32,000 bases of DNA. Origin: Thermofilum adornatum (GTDB lineage Archaea; Thermoproteota; Thermoprotei; Thermofilales; Thermofilaceae). The position numbers and the translations under genes are program-made. The notes under the pieces were generated by a model. The model ran no database searches. It saw only the letters and a program-made list of their open reading frames with translations, and had not been told where the DNA came from. Shown one piece after another: positions 17,617 to 26,203 of this stretch; position 1 is the stretch's first letter; each line of letters opens with the position of its first letter. Location of the stretch: assembly GCF_000446015.1 (NCBI RefSeq), contig NC_022093.1:480001-512000 (forward strand). The letters are read 5' to 3'.

Positions 17617-17925
17617 CTAGTTCTGTGCTTGTTGTACTGCGAAGGGTTTCATATGCTCGGGAGTAGTTATTATTTTCTTTATTTTGCTCCCAACTAAAAT
17701 CTCTATGACATATGCTCTTCCACGTTTTTCAACTATTGTCCCGATTTTTCCTTGGTAGCGTCTATGGGGCGCAGTTTCAATGTATGTGGGATCTATATCA
17801 ATAATTACTTTGTCATTTATATTGTACTCATACATTAGTCTGCTAAGGCCCCTGTATCCTCTTTCGCGTGGATGCTGTCTAAGTAGTTTTCTTCCCCTGT
17901 TCCGGTATCCATGCGAGTGCCTCAT
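17617..17925 (-). CDS. rpl21e: 50S ribosomal protein L21e
   Basis: MRHSHGYRNRGRKLL...YQGKIGTIVEKRGRAYVIE matches the L21e signature. Confidence 0.9.
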   Translation of the reverse strand: MRHSHGYRNRGRKLLRQHPRERGYRGLSRLMYEYNINDKVIIDIDPTYIETAPHRRYQGKIGTIVEKRGRAYVIEILVGSKIKKIITTPEHMKPFAVQQAQN

Positions 17926-17965
17926 AAGTTTCCCTCTTCGATATTTTGCTGTTTATTTTTAAACA

Positions 17966-17979
17966 TTGCGGCGCCGCAA
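17966..17979. repeat. Perfect 14-bp GC-rich palindrome TTGCGGCGCCGCAA in the divergent rpl21e/tgtA intergenic region
   Basis: Read directly: the sequence equals its own reverse complement. It is embedded in otherwise AT-rich promoter DNA. Confidence 0.8.
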
Positions 17980-18027
17980 GTAGACAACGCCCTAGGGGGA
18001 ATACATTTTAAGCTGGTGCCTTGTCTA

Positions 18028-19683
18028 ATGCTAGATATGGTTTGGAGTGAAGTATTCGAGATAGAAGAGATAGATCTCCTCGGTAGAAATGGGAAGCTTT
18101 ACACGAGAAGAGGAGTCGTAGAGACACCTACATTGACCCCCGTTATAAACCCGTCTAAACCCGTAGTTGAGCCGCGGGAAATCGCCGATATGGGCTTTAA
18201 GCTGTTGATGACCAATAGTTACATTGTTAAGCGTCACTATGGTGAGCTGGCTAAGGAAATAGGTGTCCACGGCGTTCTCGGCGTAGAAACCCCCATAATG
18301 ACAGACTCTGGCGCGTATCAGTTAATGGTATATGGCCATGTGGAAGTGGATCCTATCGAAATCGTGAATTATGAAATTGAAATCGGGTCCGATATTGGAG
18401 TTATCCTAGACATCCCAACAAGGAAAGGTGTAGCCAAGGAGCAAGTCTTGAGCGAGGTAAACGAAACAATTCGAAGGGCAAGCGATTCTCTGAAGCTGGA
18501 TAGGAAGGGTATGCTCCTTGTAGGTCCTGTGCAGGGAGGCCAGTATGTAGACATAGTTGCTTATTCTGCTAGCAAGATGGCTCAGATGCCTTTCGACGTG
18601 TATGCAGTTGGAGGCCCTACACAGTTTATGGAGGAATATGACTTCCCAGAACTCGTCAAGCTGGTCATGACTGCACGGCTAAACCTGCCCTGGGAGGCCC
18701 CCCTCCACCTGTTTGGTGCTGGTCATCCAATGATGCTTCCCTTGGCTGTAGCGATGGGTGTAGATACTTTTGACTCTGCATCGTATGTTCTCTATGCACG
18801 AGAAGATAGGATTTTGACGCCTAGAGGAACTCTTCGTCTAGAGGAGATAAGGGAGCTCCCCTGCAACTGTCCAGTATGTTCAAAATACACGGCTAGTGAA
18901 TTGAGAGAGATGCCCAAGCAGGAAAGAACTGTCCTACTTACTAAGCATAACCTATACGTCATAATGAGGGAAATAAGGAACATACGTGAGGCAATCCATG
19001 AGGGCAGGTTGTGGGAAATATTAGAAGAAAAAGCCATGACACATCCATCCATGCGGGAGGCGTTAAAAACCTATGCAAGGTATGCTGAATACATTGCAAA
19101 GACACATCCAGTTACAAGGTCGCCAGTACAAGGTGTTTTCTTTTATAGTTGGCTGAGCAGGTACAGACCGGAGGTTGTAAGACACATTAATAGACTTGCT
19201 AGAAGACACCACAAGTCCCGTGACATACTGCTTGTGTTCGAAGAAACACCACAGAAGCCATTTACCCGTATGGGACTTATAAAAGAGCTTCTCTCTATTG
19301 ACAAGGATCTACCAGTCGACGTAGACTTTGTTGTGCTGTCTGCATCTTTTTCAATTATTCCTCTTGAACTGGACGGAGTGTATCCTCTTTCACAATACGA
19401 AGCTGCAAGTACAGTATTTGAGGAGGCAAAGGACGAGATCTCGACGGATCTTGTATGGTTTGTTCTGAGCAAAGAATACAAGGGACTCATTTTTGTCTAC
19501 CACTCTCTTCCGAGAAGCTTTGTGGAACAGCTTCAGCAAAAACTTGTGCTTGAGGGGGTACTCTTTATACCTATAAAGATTGAAAGCTATAATGATGCCT
19601 TAAAAAATCCCGGAGAACTCGATGCAAAGATAAGGCAGTCAATACGGTCTCTGGAAAATATCCTTTCTTCAGAAAAAAGGTAA
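18028..19683 (+). CDS. tgtA: Archaeosine tRNA-guanine transglycosylase (ArcTGT)
   Basis: Motifs MTDSGAYQ, VGGPTQFMEEYDF, LFGAGHPMMLPLAVAMGVDTFDSASY and the zinc site CNCPVCSKY. I prefer the ATG at 18028 (or 18037), because the track start at 17911 overlaps rpl21e. Confidence 0.9.
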   Translation: MLDMVWSEVFEIEEIDLLGRNGKLYTRRGVVETPTLTPVINPSKPVVEPREIADMGFKLLMTNSYIVKRHYGELAKEIGVHGVLGVETPIMTDSGAYQLMVYGHVEVDPIEIVNYEIEIGSDIGVILDIPTRKGVAKEQVLSEVNETIRRASDSLKLDRKGMLLVGPVQGGQYVDIVAYSASKMAQMPFDVYAVGGPTQFMEEYDFPELVKLVMTARLNLPWEAPLHLFGAGHPMMLPLAVAMGVDTFDSASYVLYAREDRILTPRGTLRLEEIRELPCNCPVCSKYTASELREMPKQERTVLLTKHNLYVIMREIRNIREAIHEGRLWEILEEKAMTHPSMREALKTYARYAEYIAKTHPVTRSPVQGVFFYSWLSRYRPEVVRHINRLARRHHKSRDILLVFEETPQKPFTRMGLIKELLSIDKDLPVDVDFVVLSASFSIIPLELDGVYPLSQYEAASTVFEEAKDEISTDLVWFVLSKEYKGLIFVYHSLPRSFVEQLQQKLVLEGVLFIPIKIESYNDALKNPGELDAKIRQSIRSLENILSSEKR

Positions 19684-19694
19684 GGCCTCAGCGT

Positions 19695-20444
19695 TTATAC
19701 ATGGTACACTAGCGATTCACGGTTTTTCATTGTGTCTTTTATTTTCTTTTCGAGCTCCTCTAGCTGTTTCTCTAGCTGTTCACCCTCCTCCAGCAACTCT
19801 TTAACATCTATCCCTATGCCAGTGATGTTTGAGAAAATTTCTACTGCTTGGGCAGCAGCTCTAGGATCAGGTCTATCGAGTGACGCATATGGAAGAATAG
19901 CTACGGCTGGAATATTTCCGGCTTCAAAGTAAGTAAGTAGGGTGGCTAGGGGTCCTACTATCCCTAGCCTTTCATCTATTATTGGAAGCCCATGTTTATT
20001 GATGATTTCGGCATAATTTGACAAGAAACTGCTTGTCGGTGCGATTCTCGGCCTTGAGTCTGGCTCTGCAAATGACGCGTCAAGGCCCCCAAAGAGTATG
20101 ACCATGTCCACATGCATGTCGAATATCATTTGTGCGAGCATTTGTGGAACGATTATCGAGTCTTTTGGACTCACTGGCACATTTGGTAAAAATGCCAGCA
20201 AGTTGTCCTTCGCATATAGTTCATATGGTGTTACCACACCGTTTTTTATGCTGACAAAAGGGGTCATGTTCGGAGTTAAGACCATACCTACCCTTTTGGC
20301 TTCAAGCTTCGTGACTATGTGTCGGGTAGCTATCCAGCCGACATGCCCTACACCATGAAAGCCCGTAACAAATATTTTGGGAGAGACTCCTTCATTCAGC
20401 AATATTTTAGTGTTCTTAGCATAGACTATTTCACGCGTCCCCAT
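19695..20444 (-). CDS. PAC2-family protein (archaeal proteasome-assembly-chaperone-like, PbaA/PbaB type)
   Basis: KIFVTGFHGVGHVGWIATRHIV N-terminal motif typical of the PAC2/COG1938 family, followed by a C-terminal coiled coil. Confidence 0.65.
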   Translation of the reverse strand: MGTREIVYAKNTKILLNEGVSPKIFVTGFHGVGHVGWIATRHIVTKLEAKRVGMVLTPNMTPFVSIKNGVVTPYELYAKDNLLAFLPNVPVSPKDSIIVPQMLAQMIFDMHVDMVILFGGLDASFAEPDSRPRIAPTSSFLSNYAEIINKHGLPIIDERLGIVGPLATLLTYFEAGNIPAVAILPYASLDRPDPRAAAQAVEIFSNITGIGIDVKELLEEGEQLEKQLEELEKKIKDTMKNRESLVYHV

Positions 20445-20556
20445 ATGAGTCTCTACTCTTCATACACAGTTGCTTAAATTTTTTGATGCACAAGGAAAGC
20501 TTATGCTACGAAACAGGAAACTCTTGGTTTCCCCTACCAGTTGATACTGGAAACAC

Positions 20557-20578
20557 CTGAAAATATTTATATTTTCAG
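20557..20578. promoter_or_regulatory. Palindromic TATA-type element CTGAAAATAT-TT-ATATTTTCAG upstream of rps8e
   Basis: 10-nt perfect inverted arms read directly. The centre lies about 38 nt upstream of the rps8e ATG at 20606, and a GGTAGAGGT purine-rich stretch precedes that ATG. Confidence 0.35.
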
Positions 20579-20605
20579 TTTTTGAATTGGAAAAAGGGTA
20601 GAGGT

Positions 20606-20992
20606 ATGGGTATATACCACGGTAACGATTTAAGAAAAATAACAGGAGGACTAAAGGGGAGAATTGCAAAGAAGAAGAGAAAAGCCTTGACAGGGGGATA
20701 TCCTATACTCACAACTATTGGACAGAAAAACGAGATTAAAGTTGTAAAAGCAACTGGTGAGACATACAAAGCCAAAGTAAAACAAGCTATGGAGGTAAAT
20801 GTGTATATTCCGAAAGAAAAGAAAACAGTAAAAACGAAGATTACCAAGTTCATTGACAATCCCTCAAACAAAGACTTGGCTAGAAGGGGCATAATAACCA
20901 AGGGAGCAATAGTCCAGACAGAAATTGGAAAAGCTGTGATTACCTCCAGACCTGGCCAAGACGGGGTCTTAAACGCGGTTCTCGTTGAATAG
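20606..20992 (+). CDS. rps8e: 30S ribosomal protein S8e
   Basis: MGIYHGNDLRKITGG...NPSNKDLARRGIITKGAIVQTEIGKAVITSRPGQDGVLNAVLVE matches the S8e signature. I prefer the ATG at 20606 over the track TTG at 20582. Confidence 0.9.
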   Translation: MGIYHGNDLRKITGGLKGRIAKKKRKALTGGYPILTTIGQKNEIKVVKATGETYKAKVKQAMEVNVYIPKEKKTVKTKITKFIDNPSNKDLARRGIITKGAIVQTEIGKAVITSRPGQDGVLNAVLVE

Positions 20993-20994
20993 AA

Positions 20995-21300
20995 ATGAGA
21001 AAAAGAGACGGATATATTATCTGGCCGGAATATTTTGACTCTTCAAAGCCCAGAAAATGGAGACGCGTCTCTAAATCTCTCTCTGTCGATAAACCAACAA
21101 TAGAAGAAATAAAGGACGCGGCAGTAAAGGCTGGATTCACGGTAATTGTCGACCCAGAAGCCAAACATCCTGGTTTCTGGTTTGACTCGAGAGGCAGGTT
21201 GATAGTAAAAGCACAAATGAAGAAAAGCGCCGTGATAAAGACTATTGCGTTGCACCTTAAAAAAATTAGGGAAGAAAAAGCACGCTCTAAGAAGAGATAG
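20995..21300 (+). CDS. srp19: Signal recognition particle protein SRP19
   Basis: YIIWPEYFDSSKPRKWRRVSKSLSVDKPTIEEIKDAAVKAGF matches the SRP19 pattern (IWP.Y.D...R..GRRV). 2 nt after the rps8e stop. Confidence 0.85.
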   Translation: MRKRDGYIIWPEYFDSSKPRKWRRVSKSLSVDKPTIEEIKDAAVKAGFTVIVDPEAKHPGFWFDSRGRLIVKAQMKKSAVIKTIALHLKKIREEKARSKKR

Positions 21301-23182
21301 CCTTCTTAAGTTCTTCTCGGAGAACCTGCGCTACCACTGCTCCGTCTATTCGGCCTCTAACTCTTTCCATCACTATTCCCATCAGTTTTCCAAAGCTTTT
21401 TTCTCCTTTTTGCGAAACGTCTTCTCTGTTCTCCTGGATTACTTTCCTGACTATTTCTCTTAGCTCTTCAATAGTAAGCCTTTCTAGCCCAGCTCTTTTT
21501 AAAACTTCTTCGAGAGATGCATCAGGATTCTTTGCAAATTCCGTTAAAACAACTGGTATTGCCTCTTTTGCTATTTTACCATCTGCTACAGCCTTAAATG
21601 TGGCGAGTAAGTGTTCTTCTGTTAGGTTTTCTACTGGTATATTGTCTCGCCGGAGACTTACAATGGTGTTCGTCAATGTTGTAGCTATGAGCTGCGGTGC
21701 CAGGCCAGTTGTCTTAACAGCTTCTTCGAAAAAGTATATTTGTTGCTGGCTGAAAAGCTGGAACGCCATATCTTTTGGCAAGCTATATTCTTTCATTAAT
21801 CTTTCAAGTGTCTTTTCTGGGGGCTCTGGCAGGTTTTTCCTCAACTCTTCTAGGTTTTCTGGAGTTATCCTGATTGGTCGTATGTCTGTCTCTGGATACA
21901 TTCTAGCGCTTCCAGGCCGTGGACGCATAAACTTTGTGGTTCCATCAAGATTCGCCGCACGTGTTTCCTCTGGGACACCTTCTAATGCCTCTTTTGCCCT
22001 CTCATATGCAGCTTTTAATGCCCTCATTACTTTTTCGCGTGAATCCACAATTAGTATAAAGGCGTCATTCGCCTCGACTCCTAGCCTGGTCTTTATTTTT
22101 TCAACTTCGTCCTTGGTTATCCCGTATCCTGGTAGCTCATCGCTGTGAAATAGTCCCCCAACTCCGCCCCAATATCTAGCCCTGTCGGCTAGTTCTGTTC
22201 CAAGCCTGCGTCCTGGCTGGATTTCTCTGCCCAGTAAACCTCCAAACCCCTTAAGTTTAAGGGCCAAAGCTACGCCTCCAGAATCGAGAGCCTTCTTTAC
22301 TACTTTTGACTGTGAACTTCTTAGTATATCTGTGACGTCGACAGGCTCAAAGACGAGGTCTTCTTCTTTGACATTTCTTCTTTTGAGCTCATCTCTTATA
22401 TCGAGCAACGATAGTTGCCTTTGAATTTCCAATTCAACTATTTTAGGTATGAGGTCTAGGTATTGTACACCTTTAATTTCTATCCTTGCACCTCCCTCCA
22501 CAGAGATGTTGAGATCCTGCCTAATCGTTCCTAGACCCCGCTTAACCTTCCCCAAAGCCCTCAACAGTAATCCTATACGTAGCGCGACTTCCCGTGCCTC
22601 TTCTGGAGACTCTATGTCTGGAGCCGTGGCCACTTCTATGAGAGGGATACCTAGACGATCCAATCTGTAGCTAACATACCCCTCATGTTTCTCCTCGGTT
22701 TTCCTGGCCGCATCCTCTTCCAAGCAAACAGTCTGAATACCAATCTTCTTTCCATTAACATCAATAGACCCACCTAGGCTTATCAGGGACGTTCTCTGGA
22801 AACCCGAGACATTCGAGCCGTCGATAACTATTTTCCTCATAACGTGTACTTCATCTACGATGCTAGCTCCAATCATTAAAGAGAATTTCAGCGCCAGCTC
22901 AAGTGCCTCACTGTTCATGTTGTGGGGAGGCTCCTCGTCCATCTCTACTAGACACACGTTATCCCTGTGACACTCATATCTATAGGCAAGCCCCTTCTCG
23001 TATTCAAACAAGGCCGCTGGGTCTATTTCTCCAATTTCACTCTTAGCGAGCCTGAGCCTCCTCGTAAACACAAAATGAGGCGGATCCTGGGTCAGCCTCG
23101 TTGGACAAGAGCAGAAAAGCTTTTCAGCCGTGTCTAGCATCTGGTGTATCTCTAACCCACATTTTATCTTCACGCCTTGCAT
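21287..23182 (-). CDS. gatE: Glutamyl-tRNA(Gln) amidotransferase subunit E
   Basis: N-terminus KCGLEIHQMLDT.KLFCSCPT, a GatB-like core and a C-terminal YqeY-like tail. 6 nt downstream of gatD. Confidence 0.95.
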   Translation of the reverse strand: MQGVKIKCGLEIHQMLDTAEKLFCSCPTRLTQDPPHFVFTRRLRLAKSEIGEIDPAALFEYEKGLAYRYECHRDNVCLVEMDEEPPHNMNSEALELALKFSLMIGASIVDEVHVMRKIVIDGSNVSGFQRTSLISLGGSIDVNGKKIGIQTVCLEEDAARKTEEKHEGYVSYRLDRLGIPLIEVATAPDIESPEEAREVALRIGLLLRALGKVKRGLGTIRQDLNISVEGGARIEIKGVQYLDLIPKIVELEIQRQLSLLDIRDELKRRNVKEEDLVFEPVDVTDILRSSQSKVVKKALDSGGVALALKLKGFGGLLGREIQPGRRLGTELADRARYWGGVGGLFHSDELPGYGITKDEVEKIKTRLGVEANDAFILIVDSREKVMRALKAAYERAKEALEGVPEETRAANLDGTTKFMRPRPGSARMYPETDIRPIRITPENLEELRKNLPEPPEKTLERLMKEYSLPKDMAFQLFSQQQIYFFEEAVKTTGLAPQLIATTLTNTIVSLRRDNIPVENLTEEHLLATFKAVADGKIAKEAIPVVLTEFAKNPDASLEEVLKRAGLERLTIEELREIVRKVIQENREDVSQKGEKSFGKLMGIVMERVRGRIDGAVVAQVLREELKKAISS

Positions 23183-23188
23183 TTTGCA

Positions 23189-24550
23189 TCACCCGCGATA
23201 GGCTCCAGGATAATATTCAAACCCGGTCCTCTTGTCAAACTCAAAAGCAATATTTGTCTGGAAAAGCCTCTTTGCCTCGTCTAAGTCGTCCGTCTGCCCA
23301 AAAATCCAGCTAAGCTTGACATATGCTGTTTCAGGGGTCATGTCCTCGGCTGGCACGACGCCCGCCTTCAACAACTCAACACCAGTTCGATAAACGTTCA
23401 GGTTAACCCGCCCCCATAAGCACTGGGAGGTCATTGCAACAAATACACCTTGCTGTACAATGTCTCTAACGGCACCTATAAGCCCTTCATTTATGTGTCC
23501 CAGACCTGTGCCTTCAATAACTAGGGCTTTATAGCCCCTCTCAGAGAAGAAACTAAAAATGTCAGGAGTCATACCTGGATAGAACTTGACTAACGCGACC
23601 TTGTCGCTGAATCTGGGATAGGCTTCTACAGCTTTTTCTCTTCCCTTGTACTTGTCAGTCTTGAGCTTTAGCTCTCTCGTGTATGGATTAATCTCTGCAA
23701 GAGGAACTGCATTGATACTCATAAAAGCATCACGTCTGCTTGTATGCATCTTACGGGCCCTCACACCCCTGTGTACAAGAATTAAGTCGTCGCTTGTAGT
23801 TGCATGCATCGCTATGACGGATTCCGCAAAAGGAGCTTTGATTGCGGCTATTGTTGCTCCAATTGCGTTGAGAGCCGCATCACTGGAAGGCCTGTCTGAA
23901 GACCTCTGTGCTCCAACAAAGACTACTGGGCCCGGAGCCTTTTGTATAGCGAATGCCATTGCGGCTGCAGTATAGTGTAGAGTATCGGTGCCATGTGCTA
24001 CAACTATTCCCCTTACGTCGGGCTCATCTCTGAGCACTTTTTCGATTTCTTGGGCAAGCTGGCTCCAGTGACGCGGAGTCATGTTCTCGCTGAAGATGCT
24101 ATAGACCGTCTTCGTAGTGATATTTGCTATCTCCCTAAGTTCAGGTATCATTGAGTAGAGCTCTTCTGCGGTAAAATACGGGTAGACTGCTCCTGTAACA
24201 TAGTCAACCCTAGAAGCGATTGTTCCACCCGTACTAAGAAAGTGCACTCTTTCCCCGCGTGGAGTTTCTCCGCTAGGATATAAGGCCTCTTTTGATGTTG
24301 GCTGAGCCTTGCCGCTAAATTTCTCTACCAACGTAATGGAAGATATTCTCTCAGCAGAAATCCCAATATTATAGCCATTATCAAGCTTTACAACAATCAC
24401 ATCTGGGTCTCCGAAGGAGGGGCGAGGCATCACTAGTCCTTCGAGGGTCTGCCCGTTTGTAAGAGACAGTTTTACGCGGTCAAAAGTAGACGCGCCTACA
24501 CTTGATAAGAGTTCTTTAACCTTAGGACCATAGCCACTCAGAGCTTCCAT
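23189..24550 (-). CDS. gatD: Glutamyl-tRNA(Gln) amidotransferase subunit D (asparaginase-like)
   Basis: Motifs LSTGGTIASRVDYVTGAV and VVAHGTDTLHYTAAAMAF (asparaginase signatures), plus the archaeal N-terminal extension. Confidence 0.95.
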   Translation of the reverse strand: MEALSGYGPKVKELLSSVGASTFDRVKLSLTNGQTLEGLVMPRPSFGDPDVIVVKLDNGYNIGISAERISSITLVEKFSGKAQPTSKEALYPSGETPRGERVHFLSTGGTIASRVDYVTGAVYPYFTAEELYSMIPELREIANITTKTVYSIFSENMTPRHWSQLAQEIEKVLRDEPDVRGIVVAHGTDTLHYTAAAMAFAIQKAPGPVVFVGAQRSSDRPSSDAALNAIGATIAAIKAPFAESVIAMHATTSDDLILVHRGVRARKMHTSRRDAFMSINAVPLAEINPYTRELKLKTDKYKGREKAVEAYPRFSDKVALVKFYPGMTPDIFSFFSERGYKALVIEGTGLGHINEGLIGAVRDIVQQGVFVAMTSQCLWGRVNLNVYRTGVELLKAGVVPAEDMTPETAYVKLSWIFGQTDDLDEAKRLFQTNIAFEFDKRTGFEYYPGAYRG

Positions 24551-24664
24551 AGATCTCGCATTCTACTTGAAAATGAACTATAAAAAATCATTTATTTCGC
24601 CTTTAGGATAGGTCACCATAAAACACGGCACTTTATTTTTGCTGGGACGCTTTCCGGCCATAAG

Positions 24665-24674
24665 CTTTATATAC
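24665..24674 (+). promoter_or_regulatory. TATA-like box for rps30e
   Basis: CTTTATATAC centred about 34 nt upstream of the ATG at 24704. Confidence 0.35.
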
Positions 24675-24703
24675 GTTTTTACCCATACATGCATCGGATC
24701 AAT

Positions 24704-24856
24704 ATGCCGTCCCACGGAAGCTTGACTAAGGCTGGTAAAGTTAGAAATGCAACTCCAAAGATTCCACCGAAACCCAAGAAGAACCTCATTCCAAGAAGAA
24801 GGAACTACAGGAACTATAAAAGAAGGATACTTTACGCACAGTCTGCAAATCAATAA
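24704..24856 (+). CDS. rps30e: 30S ribosomal protein S30e (50 aa; below the ORF-track length cutoff)
   Basis: Hand translation gives [50 protein letters not shown]. The [10 protein letters not shown]...TPK motif is the S30e signature. Confidence 0.85.
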   Translation: MPSHGSLTKAGKVRNATPKIPPKPKKNLIPRRRNYRNYKRRILYAQSANQ

Positions 24857-24868
24857 GAAATACTTGAT

Positions 24869-25240
24869 TCAGGTCAAATGTTCTTTGAATACTTTATCGA
24901 TTAACCCAGCGAGAGCTTCGTCTAAGTTTTTCCCCTTTTTAAGTGATCCGTATACAACTTTTACCCCATCCTCGCACGTGAACATGTTGTTTAGCCATGC
25001 ATAAGCTAGAAAAGCTTCCACGGCTTCGCCCTTATCAATCCCCTCTATGTCTAACGTCGCAAGGATAGACAAGCTATAGACACTTTGGAGGATCTTTCCC
25101 GAAACTTTTATCCCAGTTGCACCCTTCTGCAGTGATAGTGCCGCTGAAGCTATAAAGTTAACAATTGCGTCGCCAAGAAGAGCTAGCTTCTTGTTTGAAA
25201 GTATCTTTTTGAAGTTCGCGGGGGAACCTACAAGACTCAT
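24869..25240 (-). CDS. Small archaeal RNase III-like domain protein (degenerate signature)
   Basis: KKLALLGDAIVNFIAS resembles the RNase III signature (E-R-L-E-F-L-G-D-A), and GEAVEAFLAYAWL resembles the second D-x-x-E-A-x-x-G-A motif. Several acidic positions are replaced. Its ATG overlaps the rpo11 stop (ATGA). Confidence 0.35.
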   Translation of the reverse strand: MSLVGSPANFKKILSNKKLALLGDAIVNFIASAALSLQKGATGIKVSGKILQSVYSLSILATLDIEGIDKGEAVEAFLAYAWLNNMFTCEDGVKVVYGSLKKGKNLDEALAGLIDKVFKEHLT

Positions 25241-25536
25241 TTATGCTGGGCTACCTGCTTCTTTAGTTCCTCGAGCTTGTTCTTTATATTTTCTGTTGCT
25301 TCTCGAAAAGCGTCAAGAGGAGACTTGGACCCACTGGTCCTAATCATTAGTCGTGCAGTCTTCAGCAAAGGATGTTCAACCCTATATGCTGCTTCGACAT
25401 TTGGTATGCTGTTTAACTCGTCTACGATAAGATTTAGGAGTGTGTGACCTTCTCCCTCAATTTTTAGTTCAAGGAAATTCTGCGTATATTTCTCTACATA
25501 TATTGCTGTTTTTTGGGTAGCACTCACTATTAACAC
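25237..25536 (-). CDS. rpo11: DNA-directed RNA polymerase subunit Rpo11 (RpoL)
   Basis: LELKIEGEGHTLLNLIVDELNSIPNVEAAYRVEHPLL matches the Rpb11/RpoL signature (GE.HTL.N.L...L.....V.FA.Y...HP). GTG start, so the exact start is uncertain. Confidence 0.85.
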   Translation of the reverse strand: MLIVSATQKTAIYVEKYTQNFLELKIEGEGHTLLNLIVDELNSIPNVEAAYRVEHPLLKTARLMIRTSGSKSPLDAFREATENIKNKLEELKKQVAQHK

Positions 25537-25573
25537 CTCTTGTGCATGTTTTGAGGGTCTGCTATTAATTTTA

Positions 25574-26086
25574 TTATATCTTTACTGATTGTTTTTCTTC
25601 CTCGCGTGAACTCTCACCGACAATATAGTAGTAGATTGTGTGTGACCTTCCACCCTCATTTACCTCTAGTATTTTTACAGGCTTCCATCCCGTTATCTGG
25701 AAATCGTGTGACACTATTCTTGTCTCGGGTTTTAGCTCCTTTTTCAGTTTCGGTTTTAGTTTCTCGTTTACACTTGTCAGAAGATATAGGAAAACTACGT
25801 CTGCTGGAGGAAAAGCCACATCAAAAAAACTCCCATTCACGATTAGTACGTTATCGGATACCCCCGCTTCAATAACATTTTTGTAGGCGCGTTCAAGCAG
25901 GTCTTTCCTAATCTCTATACCCACAGCTCTTGCCCCAAAATCTCTTGCAGCAATTATGAGGGAACGCCCATCTCCACATCCAGGGTCCAAAAAGAGCTCG
26001 CCACGCTTTAGACCAGCGATCTCCAATGCTTTCTTTATGACCTCATAGGGGCTCGGAACATAGGGGACGATAGTTGACATAGTCAA
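25574..26086 (-). CDS. Class I SAM-dependent methyltransferase resembling crenarchaeal protein lysine methyltransferase aKMT
   Basis: SAM motif I LDPGCGDGRSLIIAARDFGA. The overall pattern VPYVPSP.EV...L......LDPGCGDGR...N.KLKPKL.KELKP.TRIVSH.F.I.GWKP matches what I recall of the aKMT family. This comparison is from memory, not a search. Confidence 0.5.
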   Translation of the reverse strand: MTMSTIVPYVPSPYEVIKKALEIAGLKRGELFLDPGCGDGRSLIIAARDFGARAVGIEIRKDLLERAYKNVIEAGVSDNVLIVNGSFFDVAFPPADVVFLYLLTSVNEKLKPKLKKELKPETRIVSHDFQITGWKPVKILEVNEGGRSHTIYYYIVGESSREEEKQSVKI

Positions 26087-26173
26087 AAAAACATTAATTC
26101 AGCAATTTATCATTTTTCTTTGGCAAGCAATGTCATTGTATGATGATTTTCTGTCTTGAGCAAGTGAACAAAA

Positions 26174-26185
26174 GTATATATTTAT
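26174..26185 (+). promoter_or_regulatory. TATA-like box for the Lrp-family gene
   Basis: GTATATATTTAT centred about 25-27 nt upstream of the GTG at 26204, consistent with a leaderless transcript. Confidence 0.35.
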
Positions 26186-26203
26186 CTTTACATTTATAAC
26201 AAC

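Noticed and set aside
17911-18027. N-terminal 39-codon extension of the tgtA ORF
   Set aside because: It overlaps the rpl21e start and the divergent promoter region. The conserved ArcTGT sequence begins after the ATG at 18028.
21600-22148. 182-aa + strand ORF inside gatE
   Set aside because: It is antisense to gatE and has no recognisable motifs.
24578-25004. Track ORFs 24578..24853 (-) and 24747..25004 (+)
   Set aside because: The same DNA encodes S30e in another frame (24704..24856) and the 3' end of the RNase III-like gene. Neither track ORF has protein-like sequence.
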